From Candidatus Multivoradales bacterium (lineage in GTDB: Bacteria; Acidobacteriota; Thermoanaerobaculia; Multivoradales; Multivoraceae): a stretch of DNA of 64,000 nt. Position numbers and translations under genes: made by a program. Where the stretch lies: positions 1,920,001 through 1,984,000 of the forward strand of contig CBDCWI010000001.1 in the NCBI GenBank assembly GCA_965223325.1. The letters run 5' to 3'. Positions within the stretch are counted from its first letter, which is position 1. Each line of letters begins with the position of its first letter. The notes under the pieces are model-generated. The model worked only from the letters and a program-made list of their open reading frames with translations, was not told the DNA's origin and did not search any database. This document shows, piece after piece, positions 47,193 to 57,335 of the stretch.

Positions 47193-48298
47193 GCAATCTC
47201 CTCTACGGCGGCACGAACTGCTGCAATCACCTTGTCACGCCGACGGTCGTCGACGTGAAGGCCGATGGGCAGGCTCAGGATCTCGTCGACGACCTTCTCG
47301 GTGACCGGGAGGGGTCTGGTGTGAAGGTCTCTGAATGCGGGCTGCTGATGGATGCCGAAGGGATAGTGCACCTTGGCAGAAACTCCACGGCGTGCCAGCC
47401 CCTCGACCAGCTCATCGCGGGCCGGGTGACGAACGACAAAAGCGCAATAGGTCGTGACATCACCGGGGCCATCGTCGGGTTGAAGCCGCACCAGGCCCGC
47501 GAGGGCCTCGCGATAGGCACGAGCGAGTTCACGCCGTCGGGCGAGCGATGCCTCGAGGCGCGCGAACTGCGGTAGCAGCATCGCTGCGTGCAGGCAGTCG
47601 AGCCGAGAGTTCTCGCTGACTTCCCCACAGGACCCGCGTGCCACCAGACCGAGGTTGCGCATTCGACGGAGGGCCTCGAGCTCCTCCTCGTCGCGCGCGC
47701 AGACGAAGCCACCGTCGCCGTAGCCACCGAGAACCTTCAGCGGGTGGAGGGAAAAGCAGCCTATGCCGGTACTGCCAACGTGTCGTCCTCTGTCGTGCGT
47801 ACCGATGGCCTGCGCGCAGTCTTCGACCAGCGCCAGGTCGTGCTGTCGACAAAAGTCCAGGACAGCACCCAGCTCGCATGGCTGACCATTCAGATGCACC
47901 ACCATCACCGCTCGCGTTGCTGGGGTACGAGCCCTTTCCAGGTCTCCTGTGTCCATCAACATGGTGTGGTCATCGACGTCGACAAACACCGGGCGAGCCC
48001 CTTCGAGGACGATGGCGGACGCGGTCGCAGCAAACGAATGCGACACCGTGAGCACATCGTCGCCTTGGCCGATTCCGAGCTGGCGTAGTGCAAAGCGCAA
48101 CGCATCAGTTCCGTTGCCAACACCCACTACACCATGCACACCTACCAGGCTGGCGAGTTTGCCCTCGAGCTCCTCGACCTCGGGCCCGAGGATGAAGTGA
48201 CCGTGATCAAGCACCCGCGAGACGGCTGCGATCAGCTCTTCGCGCAGGGGAAGGTGGCTTGCCGCCAGGTCGAAGTACGGAACCTCGAAGTCGGTCAT
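47189..48298 (-). CDS. DegT/DnrJ/EryC1/StrS sugar aminotransferase
   Basis: ILGPEVEELE, NGTDAL, VEDCAQAIG, FSLHPLKVLGGYGDGG, NSRLD. Start ATG 48298. Confidence 0.92.
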   Translation of the reverse strand: MTDFEVPYFDLAASHLPLREELIAAVSRVLDHGHFILGPEVEELEGKLASLVGVHGVVGVGNGTDALRFALRQLGIGQGDDVLTVSHSFAATASAIVLEGARPVFVDVDDHTMLMDTGDLERARTPATRAVMVVHLNGQPCELGAVLDFCRQHDLALVEDCAQAIGTHDRGRHVGSTGIGCFSLHPLKVLGGYGDGGFVCARDEEELEALRRMRNLGLVARGSCGEVSENSRLDCLHAAMLLPQFARLEASLARRRELARAYREALAGLVRLQPDDGPGDVTTYCAFVVRHPARDELVEGLARRGVSAKVHYPFGIHQQPAFRDLHTRPLPVTEKVVDEILSLPIGLHVDDRRRDKVIAAVRAAVEEIA

Positions 48299-49338
48299 GC
48301 CGGACAGGGCGCGTCCAGGGACTGCCAATCCAGCCACTGGTCACGCCGGCGCTTCATGACCTCGACGTTGCGATACCGCGAGTCTGTGGGATCGGGTACA
48401 AGGCCTTCGCGGTACGCCTCGGCAAGACCCTCAACTGCGGCTTCGAGCGTGTGTTGGGGGGTAAAGCCCAGTTGGCGCTCGAGCTTGGCAGCCGACAGAC
48501 AGTAGGAACGGTGGTCGGGCGTGTCGACGATCTCAATCGGTAGATCAGGGTCGATGACCGAGGCCACCAGTTGCGCCAGTCCGAGGACCGAGCTGTTCTC
48601 GCGCGAAACGTTGAAGCGTTGGCCTGAGATCGCTTCTGCTGGCTCTCCGAGAAGCTGGCAGTAGAGGCTGGCGAGATCGTCGATATGAATATTGGGGCGC
48701 ATTTGTTCGCCACCGAAAACCCGGATCTTGCCTTCGGTCAAAGCGAAGTGGGTGAGGATATTGATCGTCAGGTCGAGGCGCAGCCGGGGCGAATACCCGC
48801 ACACCGTCGCCGAACGTACGCTGACACCGGTGAAGGTGTCGTCGATCAGGTCGTCGAGAATCTCCTCGCCTTCGGCCTTGTAACGGGCATAGAGGGTAAG
48901 GGGCTCGAGACTCATGTCTTCGGTGACTTCTTCGGTCCCTTTCAGGCCGTAGACGCTCGCCGAGGAAGCGTAGAGAAAGCGCTTCACGCCCCGCTTCTTA
49001 GCTGCTTGCATGAGCGCTCCGGTCGCCTCGAGATTGACCGATCGCGTCAACGCCTCGTCGAGCTCGCTGCAGGGGTCGTTCGAGATAGCCGCCAGGTGGA
49101 TCACAGAATCGAAGTCGCCCTGCTCGAGCAGCCGCGCAACCGCGGCGTGGTCGCGAATGTCTCCCTCGACAAGGTCAAAGCGCGGGTTTCCAGCGCAGCT
49201 CGCCAGCCCTTCGCCTCCGAAGAAGAGACCATCAAAGACAGTGACGCGATGACCGCGTTCGAGGAGTTTCGGGGTCAGGACCGATCCGATGTAGCCGGCT
49301 CCGCCGGTCAAGAGAACATTCTGGGTCGTCTCGCTCAT
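48295..49338 (-). CDS. NAD-dependent nucleotide-sugar epimerase/dehydratase
   Basis: TGGAGYIG, HLAAISND, ASSASVYG, YARYK (YxxxK), RPNIHIDD. Confidence 0.92.
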   Translation of the reverse strand: MSETTQNVLLTGGAGYIGSVLTPKLLERGHRVTVFDGLFFGGEGLASCAGNPRFDLVEGDIRDHAAVARLLEQGDFDSVIHLAAISNDPCSELDEALTRSVNLEATGALMQAAKKRGVKRFLYASSASVYGLKGTEEVTEDMSLEPLTLYARYKAEGEEILDDLIDDTFTGVSVRSATVCGYSPRLRLDLTINILTHFALTEGKIRVFGGEQMRPNIHIDDLASLYCQLLGEPAEAISGQRFNVSRENSSVLGLAQLVASVIDPDLPIEIVDTPDHRSYCLSAAKLERQLGFTPQHTLEAAVEGLAEAYREGLVPDPTDSRYRNVEVMKRRRDQWLDWQSLDAPCPA

Positions 49339-49427
49339 GGCCGAGATACTATCCTTTTTCTACGATTTCTAGTAGTCAGATCCTCGAGGTCTCCTACGGC
49401 CGAAGCGCCTCTTTTGCTGATCTTCTT

Positions 49428-50555
49428 GTGAAGAAATCCTATCTATGGAAGGATTCCGGGCCTCGGATCATCGCTGCCCTTTGGACCGCAAGGCGCACAT
49501 TGGACGCGCGAGGAGGGAGTCGGTCGCCTGTGAACATGCTGCGCTTCTTCCGAAGCGTCTACCACGACAACCAGCTACGCCGGCAGAAACGTCGGTCGCT
49601 GGCCCGCGACCTGGTGCTCTACGCGCGCAATCGCGCCCTCCGGCCCAACGAGGCACGGCTCGAGCGGACGCACTGTCGCCCCGACCTGGCAACCGGCTTC
49701 ATTGTCGCGCCACCGCGCTCGGGAACCAGTCTTCTCTTCCAGATGGCGGCGCGCTACCTCGACCTCGGCTACCCCACCAACTTCGTCGCCCGCTACTGGA
49801 GCTGCCCACTGACCGGGCAAAAGCGGTACATGACCCGGCACGGCATTGCGCCAAGTGAAGCACCGCGCCGGAACAAGGAGCGCGACGTACCGTTAGCCTC
49901 CAGCTACGGTGGCACCCTGGGGGTCCACTCTCCTCACGAGTTCAGCTGGTTCTGGCAGTTCTATACCGACTTCGGAGACGTCGACGAGCTCACGGAGGAG
50001 CAGCTCGACGCCATCGACTGGCAGCGAATACAAGCCAAGATCCATGGCCTCGCAGCAATCACAAAGAGCCCGTGGCTCTTCAAGAGCTTGAACTACACCG
50101 TCTACAACATTCCTCGCTTCGCCCGCGAGCTGCCAGAGAGTCGCTTCATCCAGATCCGGCGCGACCCCAGGTTCGTGGTGCAGAGCATCCTCAAATGCCG
50201 GCGCGAACGCTACGGTGACGAGGACCTGTGGTGGAGTCTGCGGCCGGCCGACGTCAAGGAGTGGCTCGGGCGGAGTGGCCTGAGCCAGGTTTGTCACCAG
50301 GTCAGATCGATTCTGCGAGCGATCGATTCGGCGTTTGATGGTCTTCCCGAGCACCGTAAGCTTCGTCTCGAGTACGAAGACCTGGTGGCCGATCCCATCC
50401 CGCAGCTCGAGCGCCTCGCCGATCTCCTCGACGTCGAACTTCGCGATACGGAGCACCTCGACATGTCCGAGCTCAGAAGCGGCAACGTAAGGCATGGAGA
50501 TCCAGTGCGCTTTAGCGCAATCGAAGAACACCTTGCGAACTGGGAAGGGTACTAA
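49428..50555 (+). CDS. PAPS-dependent sulfotransferase
   Basis: FIVAPPRSGTSLL (5'-PSB), PHEFSWFW, IRRDPRFVVQS, LEYEDLVADP. Start uncertain. Confidence 0.85.
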   Translation: MKKSYLWKDSGPRIIAALWTARRTLDARGGSRSPVNMLRFFRSVYHDNQLRRQKRRSLARDLVLYARNRALRPNEARLERTHCRPDLATGFIVAPPRSGTSLLFQMAARYLDLGYPTNFVARYWSCPLTGQKRYMTRHGIAPSEAPRRNKERDVPLASSYGGTLGVHSPHEFSWFWQFYTDFGDVDELTEEQLDAIDWQRIQAKIHGLAAITKSPWLFKSLNYTVYNIPRFARELPESRFIQIRRDPRFVVQSILKCRRERYGDEDLWWSLRPADVKEWLGRSGLSQVCHQVRSILRAIDSAFDGLPEHRKLRLEYEDLVADPIPQLERLADLLDVELRDTEHLDMSELRSGNVRHGDPVRFSAIEEHLANWEGY

Positions 50556-50557
50556 CG

Positions 50558-51778
50558 GTGTCCGAACTCCCCATCGACGAGCGGACTCTGGCGAAACTCG
50601 CCGCCCCCTTCTTCGTCGTCGACCTACCGCGTCTCGAGGCCAAGTACACACGTTTCAACAAGGCATTCTCGTCTCGCTTCCCCCGCTCTCGAGTCGCCCT
50701 CTCGTACAAAACCAATCACCTCGGGCCCATGCTGCAGCACCTCCACGGCATGGGGGCCTGGGCCGAAGTCGTCTCGGGTCCAGAGTACGAGTACGCTCTT
50801 GGACTCGGCGTACCGGCCGAAAGGGTCGTCTACAACGGCCCAGGAAAGAGCCCCGAAGAGCTCGCACGAGCGCTCGCCGACGGAGCGGTGATCAACCTCG
50901 ACTCCCTCGAAGAAGCTCATTACGTCGCCCACTGGCGCAAGAGCTCGGGCGGCACCGCTCGCGGCGTCGGAATCCGAATCAACCTCTTGCTCCCAGACCG
51001 AGAGCCCGGCACCCAGAGCCGCTTCGGCGTCGAACTCGACCAGCTCGAAGAGGTCGCGCAAACGCTTCGCGACGCATCGGTTTCCGTTGATGGCATTCAC
51101 GCCCACCTGACCAGCAGGCGGCGGCGCGTCGAGTACTACGAAGTGGTTGCCGATGCTGTTGCAGACGCGGTCGACATCGTGGGCAGATCCACCCTCACCT
51201 ATCTGGACCTGGGCGGGGGCTACGCCTACCTGCCCAGGGAGATGCGGCTCGATGTGACCTTCCCGACCTTCGAGGAGTACGCCGAGGTCATCGACGACAC
51301 CCTGCGGCCGCGGGTCGACGCGCTTGATGAGCTAACGCTTCTTACCGAGCCCGGGATCGCGCTTTCGGGCGACTGCCTGACCTACTACGCTCCCGTTCTG
51401 GCCACCAAGAAGATCGGCGGCCGGTCGCTCGCCATCATCGAGGCGAGCGTGCACTCACTCAAGCCCACCCGCCATCCTGCCCACCTTCCGACCCGGGTGC
51501 TCGACTCTCTTGGGGCGCAGAAGTCGGGGCCTACCGAGACCTACGACGTCGTCGGCTACACCTGCCTCGAAGACGACGTGATCGCAGAGGCACAGGAACT
51601 CCCGCAGCTGCTGGTCGGAGACCGTCTCGCGATCGGAAACGTCGGCGCCTATACCTTCGTCTTCAAGCCACCTTTCATCCGTCCTTTGCCGGCCTTCTAC
51701 CTCTGGAACGGTAGGAATGTTTCGTTGGCGCGGGACGCACAGACCCCCGAGGAGGCATTCGGACACCATGCCAGCTGA
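50558..51778 (+). CDS. PLP-dependent decarboxylase, LysA/ornithine-DAP-arginine family
   Basis: SYKTN (PLP lysine), EVVSGPE, YNGPGK, SRFG, LDLGGG, EPG, GYTCLEDD, NVGAY. Confidence 0.88.
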   Translation: MSELPIDERTLAKLAAPFFVVDLPRLEAKYTRFNKAFSSRFPRSRVALSYKTNHLGPMLQHLHGMGAWAEVVSGPEYEYALGLGVPAERVVYNGPGKSPEELARALADGAVINLDSLEEAHYVAHWRKSSGGTARGVGIRINLLLPDREPGTQSRFGVELDQLEEVAQTLRDASVSVDGIHAHLTSRRRRVEYYEVVADAVADAVDIVGRSTLTYLDLGGGYAYLPREMRLDVTFPTFEEYAEVIDDTLRPRVDALDELTLLTEPGIALSGDCLTYYAPVLATKKIGGRSLAIIEASVHSLKPTRHPAHLPTRVLDSLGAQKSGPTETYDVVGYTCLEDDVIAEAQELPQLLVGDRLAIGNVGAYTFVFKPPFIRPLPAFYLWNGRNVSLARDAQTPEEAFGHHAS

Positions 51779-53507
51779 CTCCTGCCGCCTGTTGATGACC
51801 TTTGCGGGGCGCAAGTCCTATGTCCTGCGGCCACTGATGGCGGCCGACCCCGATGCCTTGATCGTGGCGGCCGACGCCGACCCCGATGCGCCGGTCCGAG
51901 CGACCGCGAAACGTTTCGAGACGGTCCCACCGGTCGCTCGACCAGAGGCCTACATCGACGCTCTGCTCGAGATCTGCCGTCGCGACCAGATCGATGCCGT
52001 TCTGGTCACCAACGATAGGGACGTGGAACTCCTGACAGAAGCTCGGGTGCGCTTCGGTGAAGTCGGTACTCGCGTCCTCGGCGCACCCGCTGAGCTCACC
52101 AGAGCGATGTGCGACAAGTGGGCGGCGTTCCAATGGTTCGAGGCGCACGGCTACCCCACTGTCTCGACCTGGAAAGTCGACACTCTTCCCGAGGACATCT
52201 CCTTCCCGGTCATCGTCAAACCGAGACGAGGCCAGGGAAGCCGTGGTGTCAGGCGCTGCAACGAGCCCGACGACCTCATTGGGCTCGGCGATGACGTCAT
52301 CGTCCAGCCCTGGCTCGAAGGCGTGCATTACGACATCGACGTCCTTCGTGCCGCTGACGGTACGGTCTGTCACGTCATCCCGAAGGTCAAGCTCGAGATG
52401 GCCGACGGCACGGCCTCAAAGGTCAGGAGCATCGGCTCGGGCGAACTCACGGCGCTCGGCGAACGCCTGGCGAACGATCTCGACTTCGTCGGTGCCTTCG
52501 ACGTCGACATCATCGAGAGAGACGGCACGCCGATGGTGCTCGAAGTCAACCCCCGCCTCGGCGGCTGCTTTCCGTACTCCTGCCGTTTTGCGCCCGAGTT
52601 TCCCGGTGCCCTTCTCGAAGTCGCCCGCGGGGAGACTCCGTCGATTCGAACCGGCACGCATCGCGTTGGCGTCACCGTAGCGCGCGAGCTCGACTTCGTC
52701 GAGCTCGAGGCTTCGAGCGAATCCTCCGCTCCGGCCGTCCGAACCGCTACGAAGCCTCAGCCGAGCCAGCGAGACACCACCAGGGAACACTGGCGAATCG
52801 CCATCCAGTGCTACAACGAGGAGCACAGCCTCGAGGCGACAGTGGTCGACATCGACGCAATGGCTGATCTGGTGCCCGAGATGGAGGTGGAGATCGTCAT
52901 GATCGACGACGGCTCCACCGACGGCACGCGCGCCGTGATGCATCAGCTCGAGGAACGGTTCCCGCGCTGCGTGACCCGGGTCAACCCAAGGAACATGGGG
53001 CCTGGTGGAAGCGTCGTCGCTCTGTGGGCCGAGACCGACCCTGACTGGTGGTTCACGGCCCTCCCCGGCGACAACGAGATCGTCGCTCAATCGATGCTCA
53101 ACCACGCACGGGTGCGGCGCGACAACGACATCATCATCGGCTACCTCCAGAACCCGATCATTCGCCCGATGAGACGACGCATCGCGTCATTCGTTTTCAA
53201 CCAGTTCGTCCAGTGGACCTACGCCTTCCCGTTTCGCTACATGAACGGACCCAAGCTCTACCGAGTCCGCGCCTTCCAGGGCATCGAGGTGGTCGGCGGC
53301 GGTCACGCGTTCAACGCTGAGCTGATGGCCAAAGCTCTTCTGCGAAAGCCAGACCTACGTATCGAAGAGGTTCCGTTCGTAGCGCGCGGCCGGGCGGCTG
53401 GCTCTAGCAAGGCCTTCACACCGCGCAACATCCTGAAGGCGGCGCGCGAGTTCTACCAGGGCTACATGTCCGTGCGCGGTTACCGAGAGCGCGTCATCAA
53501 GGGGTAG
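51768..53507 (+). CDS. ATP-grasp ligase fused to a GT2 glycosyltransferase
   Basis: N-terminal CDKW, PVIVKPRRGQGSRGV, IVQPWLEG, LEVNPRLGG; C-terminal IQCYNEE, IDDGSTDGT, NPRNMGPG. Start ATG 51768. Confidence 0.85.
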   Translation: MPADSCRLLMTFAGRKSYVLRPLMAADPDALIVAADADPDAPVRATAKRFETVPPVARPEAYIDALLEICRRDQIDAVLVTNDRDVELLTEARVRFGEVGTRVLGAPAELTRAMCDKWAAFQWFEAHGYPTVSTWKVDTLPEDISFPVIVKPRRGQGSRGVRRCNEPDDLIGLGDDVIVQPWLEGVHYDIDVLRAADGTVCHVIPKVKLEMADGTASKVRSIGSGELTALGERLANDLDFVGAFDVDIIERDGTPMVLEVNPRLGGCFPYSCRFAPEFPGALLEVARGETPSIRTGTHRVGVTVARELDFVELEASSESSAPAVRTATKPQPSQRDTTREHWRIAIQCYNEEHSLEATVVDIDAMADLVPEMEVEIVMIDDGSTDGTRAVMHQLEERFPRCVTRVNPRNMGPGGSVVALWAETDPDWWFTALPGDNEIVAQSMLNHARVRRDNDIIIGYLQNPIIRPMRRRIASFVFNQFVQWTYAFPFRYMNGPKLYRVRAFQGIEVVGGGHAFNAELMAKALLRKPDLRIEEVPFVARGRAAGSSKAFTPRNILKAAREFYQGYMSVRGYRERVIKG

Positions 53508-54279
53508 CCGCCGCAAGGTCCTTCGAGTCAGGAATGTGTGTGCTTCCTGCGAGCTTGTTGATCGCCATCACCAGCGTCCACTTTCCCTGGAAAGCGAGCC
53601 AGTCGAGCTGCTTTTCCGGGTCGATCGGCGCGACACCGTGAACGACCTCGGAATGGGTGAAGGTCAGATCGCCAACCCTCAACGAATCATCGGCGAAGAA
53701 GTCCTCGCTTTCCTCTTCACTGCGCGCGAAGTAGGCGCCCCCCTCGTCATAGTCAGTCCCCTTGTCTGAGAGAGTCACGAGTACGGTCGTGAACTTGTGC
53801 GGGCCGGCGGCATCCTGGTGTCTCGAAATGTAGCCCGCACCCTGGGGATAGGCCTGAAACGTCAGGCGAGCGATGCATCCTTCTTCAGGCTCGAGGCCGA
53901 GGTACTTCTCGGGCCTCCAGCCGTTGAGGTGGTTGTTGAGCTCGTAGGCCGGCCGGACGAGGTCGAACAGGCCGAACACGTCCATGTTCCACGGAAAGAA
54001 GCTCCACTGATGGAAGCGCCCCTGAACGTAGGAGCGCGCGTCTCCGTAGACGCGATGGAAGTTCGGAGCCTTGGCAGTGATCGGCTCGTAGTTCGGTAGC
54101 GAGCTGCGCCCGATCTGGGTCAGGTAGCTGCGAATCTGGAGCATCAAGTCACGTGGGAAGGCGCCTCGGGCGACAAAAACATCACCTTGATGGAGACGTT
54201 GACGCATCGACTCGACCAGCTGGTCATCTTGAATGGCTTCCGCCGGATGGGGGATTTCAACGAGCTCGCGAAAGTACAT
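53497..54279 (-). CDS. 2-oxoglutarate/Fe(II)-dependent oxygenase-like protein
   Basis: YPQGAGYISRHQD (HxD), DYDEGG, VHGVAPI (distal His). Confidence 0.7.
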   Translation of the reverse strand: MYFRELVEIPHPAEAIQDDQLVESMRQRLHQGDVFVARGAFPRDLMLQIRSYLTQIGRSSLPNYEPITAKAPNFHRVYGDARSYVQGRFHQWSFFPWNMDVFGLFDLVRPAYELNNHLNGWRPEKYLGLEPEEGCIARLTFQAYPQGAGYISRHQDAAGPHKFTTVLVTLSDKGTDYDEGGAYFARSEEESEDFFADDSLRVGDLTFTHSEVVHGVAPIDPEKQLDWLAFQGKWTLVMAINKLAGSTHIPDSKDLAAATP

Positions 54280-54379
54280 CGTGGAACGCTCCAGTCTGGG
54301 GTTCTGACCCCTTGATCACCGCCCGAGTCTACAGCACAAACTTCTCTTCTTTCTAGTAAAACGCGGCGGAAACTCCAAC

Positions 54380-55429
54380 TCAGGTACTGGAACAGTCCTC
54401 GCTGGGCGGCGACCGTGAAAACAGCCCACGAAGGTCCCGGCCGAGCAGCAACAGCCCGATCACCGTCAGCGGCAAGATGGCCATGCCGTGGGCGACCAGG
54501 GCGAAGGCGCCGGCCCGGGTCTCGTCAACTCCAAGGAGGCTGACAGCCGAGAAGACGAGGAAGTGGTAAACGCCGATATGACCTGGCGTCGTCGGAACCG
54601 CGAGGCCGAAGGTCAGAAAAGCCATGACCACGACCGGTGCGAACCAGGGGAGGTCGAGGCCGGTCGCCACCATCCACAACCGGACCGAAATCGTCGAACC
54701 GACCCAGAACACAAGCGACATCAAGAGAACGACGACGCTCGTCCACAGCGATTCGAGGGCGCTGAACCCCTCGACAAACGAACCCACGCGCCGCTCGACG
54801 AACGTCCGCACTCGAGGACCGAAAGGTCGCGCAAAGGCGCTTGCGAGTGCACGGACCCTGCCCGGATGGCGACTGACCAGAAGGATCGCGGCCAACACAA
54901 CACTGAGGAGCGCGAAACTCGTGTAGATCCCCGTTCCAATCGGAAGGTCCACCGCAGCCACCGGCAGCACCGCCAGAAAGATGGCGAGCAGCGCCACCAT
55001 GTCGAAGACCCGCTCGGTTCCCACGACCGCGACGCAGGTGCTCACCGGAAGTCCACTGAACCGTGCCAGGTACCCGACCCGCGCCAGCTCACTGGCTCTG
55101 AAGGGCACCACGTTCTGAACCAGAAAGGCGACGACCAGCGACTTGAAGAGGCGGAAGGGACCGATGGGCGACAGAGGCGCGAACAGAATCCGAGCCCGAA
55201 ACGAAGCAACCGTCATGTTGAGCAACCGAAGGATCACTGCCGCACCCAGCCAGAGCAGGTTGACTTCTCTCAGGGCTTCCAGGACCTGACGCAGATCGAG
55301 CTGTGTGGCGCTCAAGTAGAGCACCACGGCCGCAATGACGATCCCGATTGCCGAAAGAAAGAGGCGCCGGCTCCCGGAAGACTGGCCCATCGAAGCGTTC
55401 TCCTCGAGGTCGCGTACGGAAAGCATCAC
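54380..55429 (-). CDS. Lysylphosphatidylglycerol-synthase-TM / flippase-like membrane protein (UPF0104)
   Basis: NVVPFRASELAR, ERVFD, PTTPGHIGVYH; about 8 TM helices. Confidence 0.85.
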   Translation of the reverse strand: MMLSVRDLEENASMGQSSGSRRLFLSAIGIVIAAVVLYLSATQLDLRQVLEALREVNLLWLGAAVILRLLNMTVASFRARILFAPLSPIGPFRLFKSLVVAFLVQNVVPFRASELARVGYLARFSGLPVSTCVAVVGTERVFDMVALLAIFLAVLPVAAVDLPIGTGIYTSFALLSVVLAAILLVSRHPGRVRALASAFARPFGPRVRTFVERRVGSFVEGFSALESLWTSVVVLLMSLVFWVGSTISVRLWMVATGLDLPWFAPVVVMAFLTFGLAVPTTPGHIGVYHFLVFSAVSLLGVDETRAGAFALVAHGMAILPLTVIGLLLLGRDLRGLFSRSPPSEDCSST

Positions 55430-57198
55430 TCGAACAGAACGTAGAGCCGGGTTGGCGCTGTCGGAGGTTGTGGAAGAGGCGGCACGGTCACCATCCTCAA
55501 GAATCCAGTGGCACCACCCTCGCCGCCGGTGAGTCGATGGACACCTTTCGAGAGAACACCAGCCGTGAAGGGCTGACCGTCGACCTCCAGGAGTCCCTCT
55601 CCACCAAACACAAACTCACGCTCGCTGAGCACCTCGAACTCGTGCGTCGAGCCCTCGGCCAGTGCGAAGCGCGTCCCATGGATGAAGACGTTGCGATCGA
55701 AATGAATGAAGTTGCGACGCAGAAACTCGTTCTCGGCGCCATTCAGCCAACGAATGCGGTACGAGAAGACGAAGGCCACCATCTCGCGCTCACGCCATTG
55801 CTCGATCATTCGCGGGTAGAGGCCAGCCATATAGCTCTTGAAGATGGGAGTCGTCATCAGCCATGGATTCGAGGCGATCGGCCGGAACGGAAGGCCCGCC
55901 ATGTCGAAGACCGCGTCGTCGGGTCGCGTCACCGCGTGTACCAACTGCTGCGACGCGAGAATCGCGTCCTGGTTGTGTTCAAGGACTACTAGTGCCCTGG
56001 TTGTGGCGGTGCCGAGACTCACCAGCAGGAGCACCAAGACGATCCACCAACGCAGCGCCGTCCAACGCCTGGTCGCGCCTCGCATCAGGATGGCTAGAAT
56101 CGCCGCCGCGAAGAGAGCGAGTACAGGCAATACGGTGACGTGCAGGTAGGGAAATGGGAACGGATTGGCCCACAGCGTGGCGACCAGGGCGAGTGCGAGA
56201 AGCCCAGTCACCAGGATCGGCCGCCGGCGAATCGAATCGGCCCAGCGAGGCAAGGCCCGTTCCTGTCTAAGCCTGGTAAACACCGTTGGGACCATGGCAA
56301 ACAAGGCACCGAAGGCGACCAGCACCGCGAGCGAAAACACCGGATTGCGCATCCCCTCCTTGATCAAGTGGGAGCCAGGAGTGAAGGTAGCGCGGTGAGC
56401 GGCGGTCCGCGAAACACTCGCGGCAGCGCGATAGACATTGGTGTCGAGATAGGCCTCGAGCGCGCCCAGCATCTGAAGGGCCAAGAGAAAGATGCCCACC
56501 GGCACGAGCCAGACGACAAACGGCAGAACCACGTTCTGCCAACGGCGCTCTCGATAGGCGCTCTTCAACCAGACGAGTCCGAAGAAGACGCAGACAAAGA
56601 CGATCTTCTTGCTGAACAAGAAGGCGATCGAGAGGATCAGACCCTGCAAAAGCGAGCGGCGAAGCCGATCGAATCGCGACAACTCGACGCCAAGCGCGGC
56701 GAGAGCGGCTAGACCAAGCCAGACATCGGGTCGCACCTCCATGCCGCGCTCGAGATAGGTGGTGTGCAGAATCAAGAAGCCCGCTGCCAGCACCGCCGCC
56801 TCCGCCCCCGCCAGTCGCCAGCCCAGCCAGGCGACCAGAACCAACGTTGCAAAGACCGCCAGGAGTGCGATCAAGCGACCCCGCCGGTAGCTTCCCGGCG
56901 CATCCTCGATGTCGATCCAGGGACGGAGCACCAAGTGCAGCATCGGGTTGTGCGGCTGATAGAAGTCGCGGTAGATCATCTGCCCCGCTCTGAGCTCGTA
57001 GGCGGCGTGCAGATGCTCCACCTCATCCGGCTGAAAGCCTCGTCCACTAGCGACCGCCACCGCGAGGACAACCCCAGCGATGAGAACGACGACCAAAGAC
57101 CCACTGGCGATGAGCAAACCGAAACGTTGCCCCGCTCCACCCGAGCCCTGTGGAGGGTCGTCGGGTGTTGAACCCTCGAGCACGGGTGATTCCGACAC
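55426..57198 (-). CDS. GT-C fold membrane glycosyltransferase-like protein (ArnT-like)
   Basis: DEVEHLHAA and YRDFYQPHNP after TM1, EVRPD; multiple TM helices. Confidence 0.72.
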   Translation of the reverse strand: MSESPVLEGSTPDDPPQGSGGAGQRFGLLIASGSLVVVLIAGVVLAVAVASGRGFQPDEVEHLHAAYELRAGQMIYRDFYQPHNPMLHLVLRPWIDIEDAPGSYRRGRLIALLAVFATLVLVAWLGWRLAGAEAAVLAAGFLILHTTYLERGMEVRPDVWLGLAALAALGVELSRFDRLRRSLLQGLILSIAFLFSKKIVFVCVFFGLVWLKSAYRERRWQNVVLPFVVWLVPVGIFLLALQMLGALEAYLDTNVYRAAASVSRTAAHRATFTPGSHLIKEGMRNPVFSLAVLVAFGALFAMVPTVFTRLRQERALPRWADSIRRRPILVTGLLALALVATLWANPFPFPYLHVTVLPVLALFAAAILAILMRGATRRWTALRWWIVLVLLLVSLGTATTRALVVLEHNQDAILASQQLVHAVTRPDDAVFDMAGLPFRPIASNPWLMTTPIFKSYMAGLYPRMIEQWREREMVAFVFSYRIRWLNGAENEFLRRNFIHFDRNVFIHGTRFALAEGSTHEFEVLSEREFVFGGEGLLEVDGQPFTAGVLSKGVHRLTGGEGGATGFLRMVTVPPLPQPPTAPTRLYVLFE

Positions 57199-57335
57199 GT
57201 TTCTCTCCCAATCCGCTTAAGGAGGACAGCCCCGATCTGAGCCGATCAAAGCATAGTGAAACTACGGAATTTAGCAAATCCGAACCCGCGGAGTCAGCCA
57301 CCAACCGACGCCGACGGCGGCCGTACCGGCGCGAG

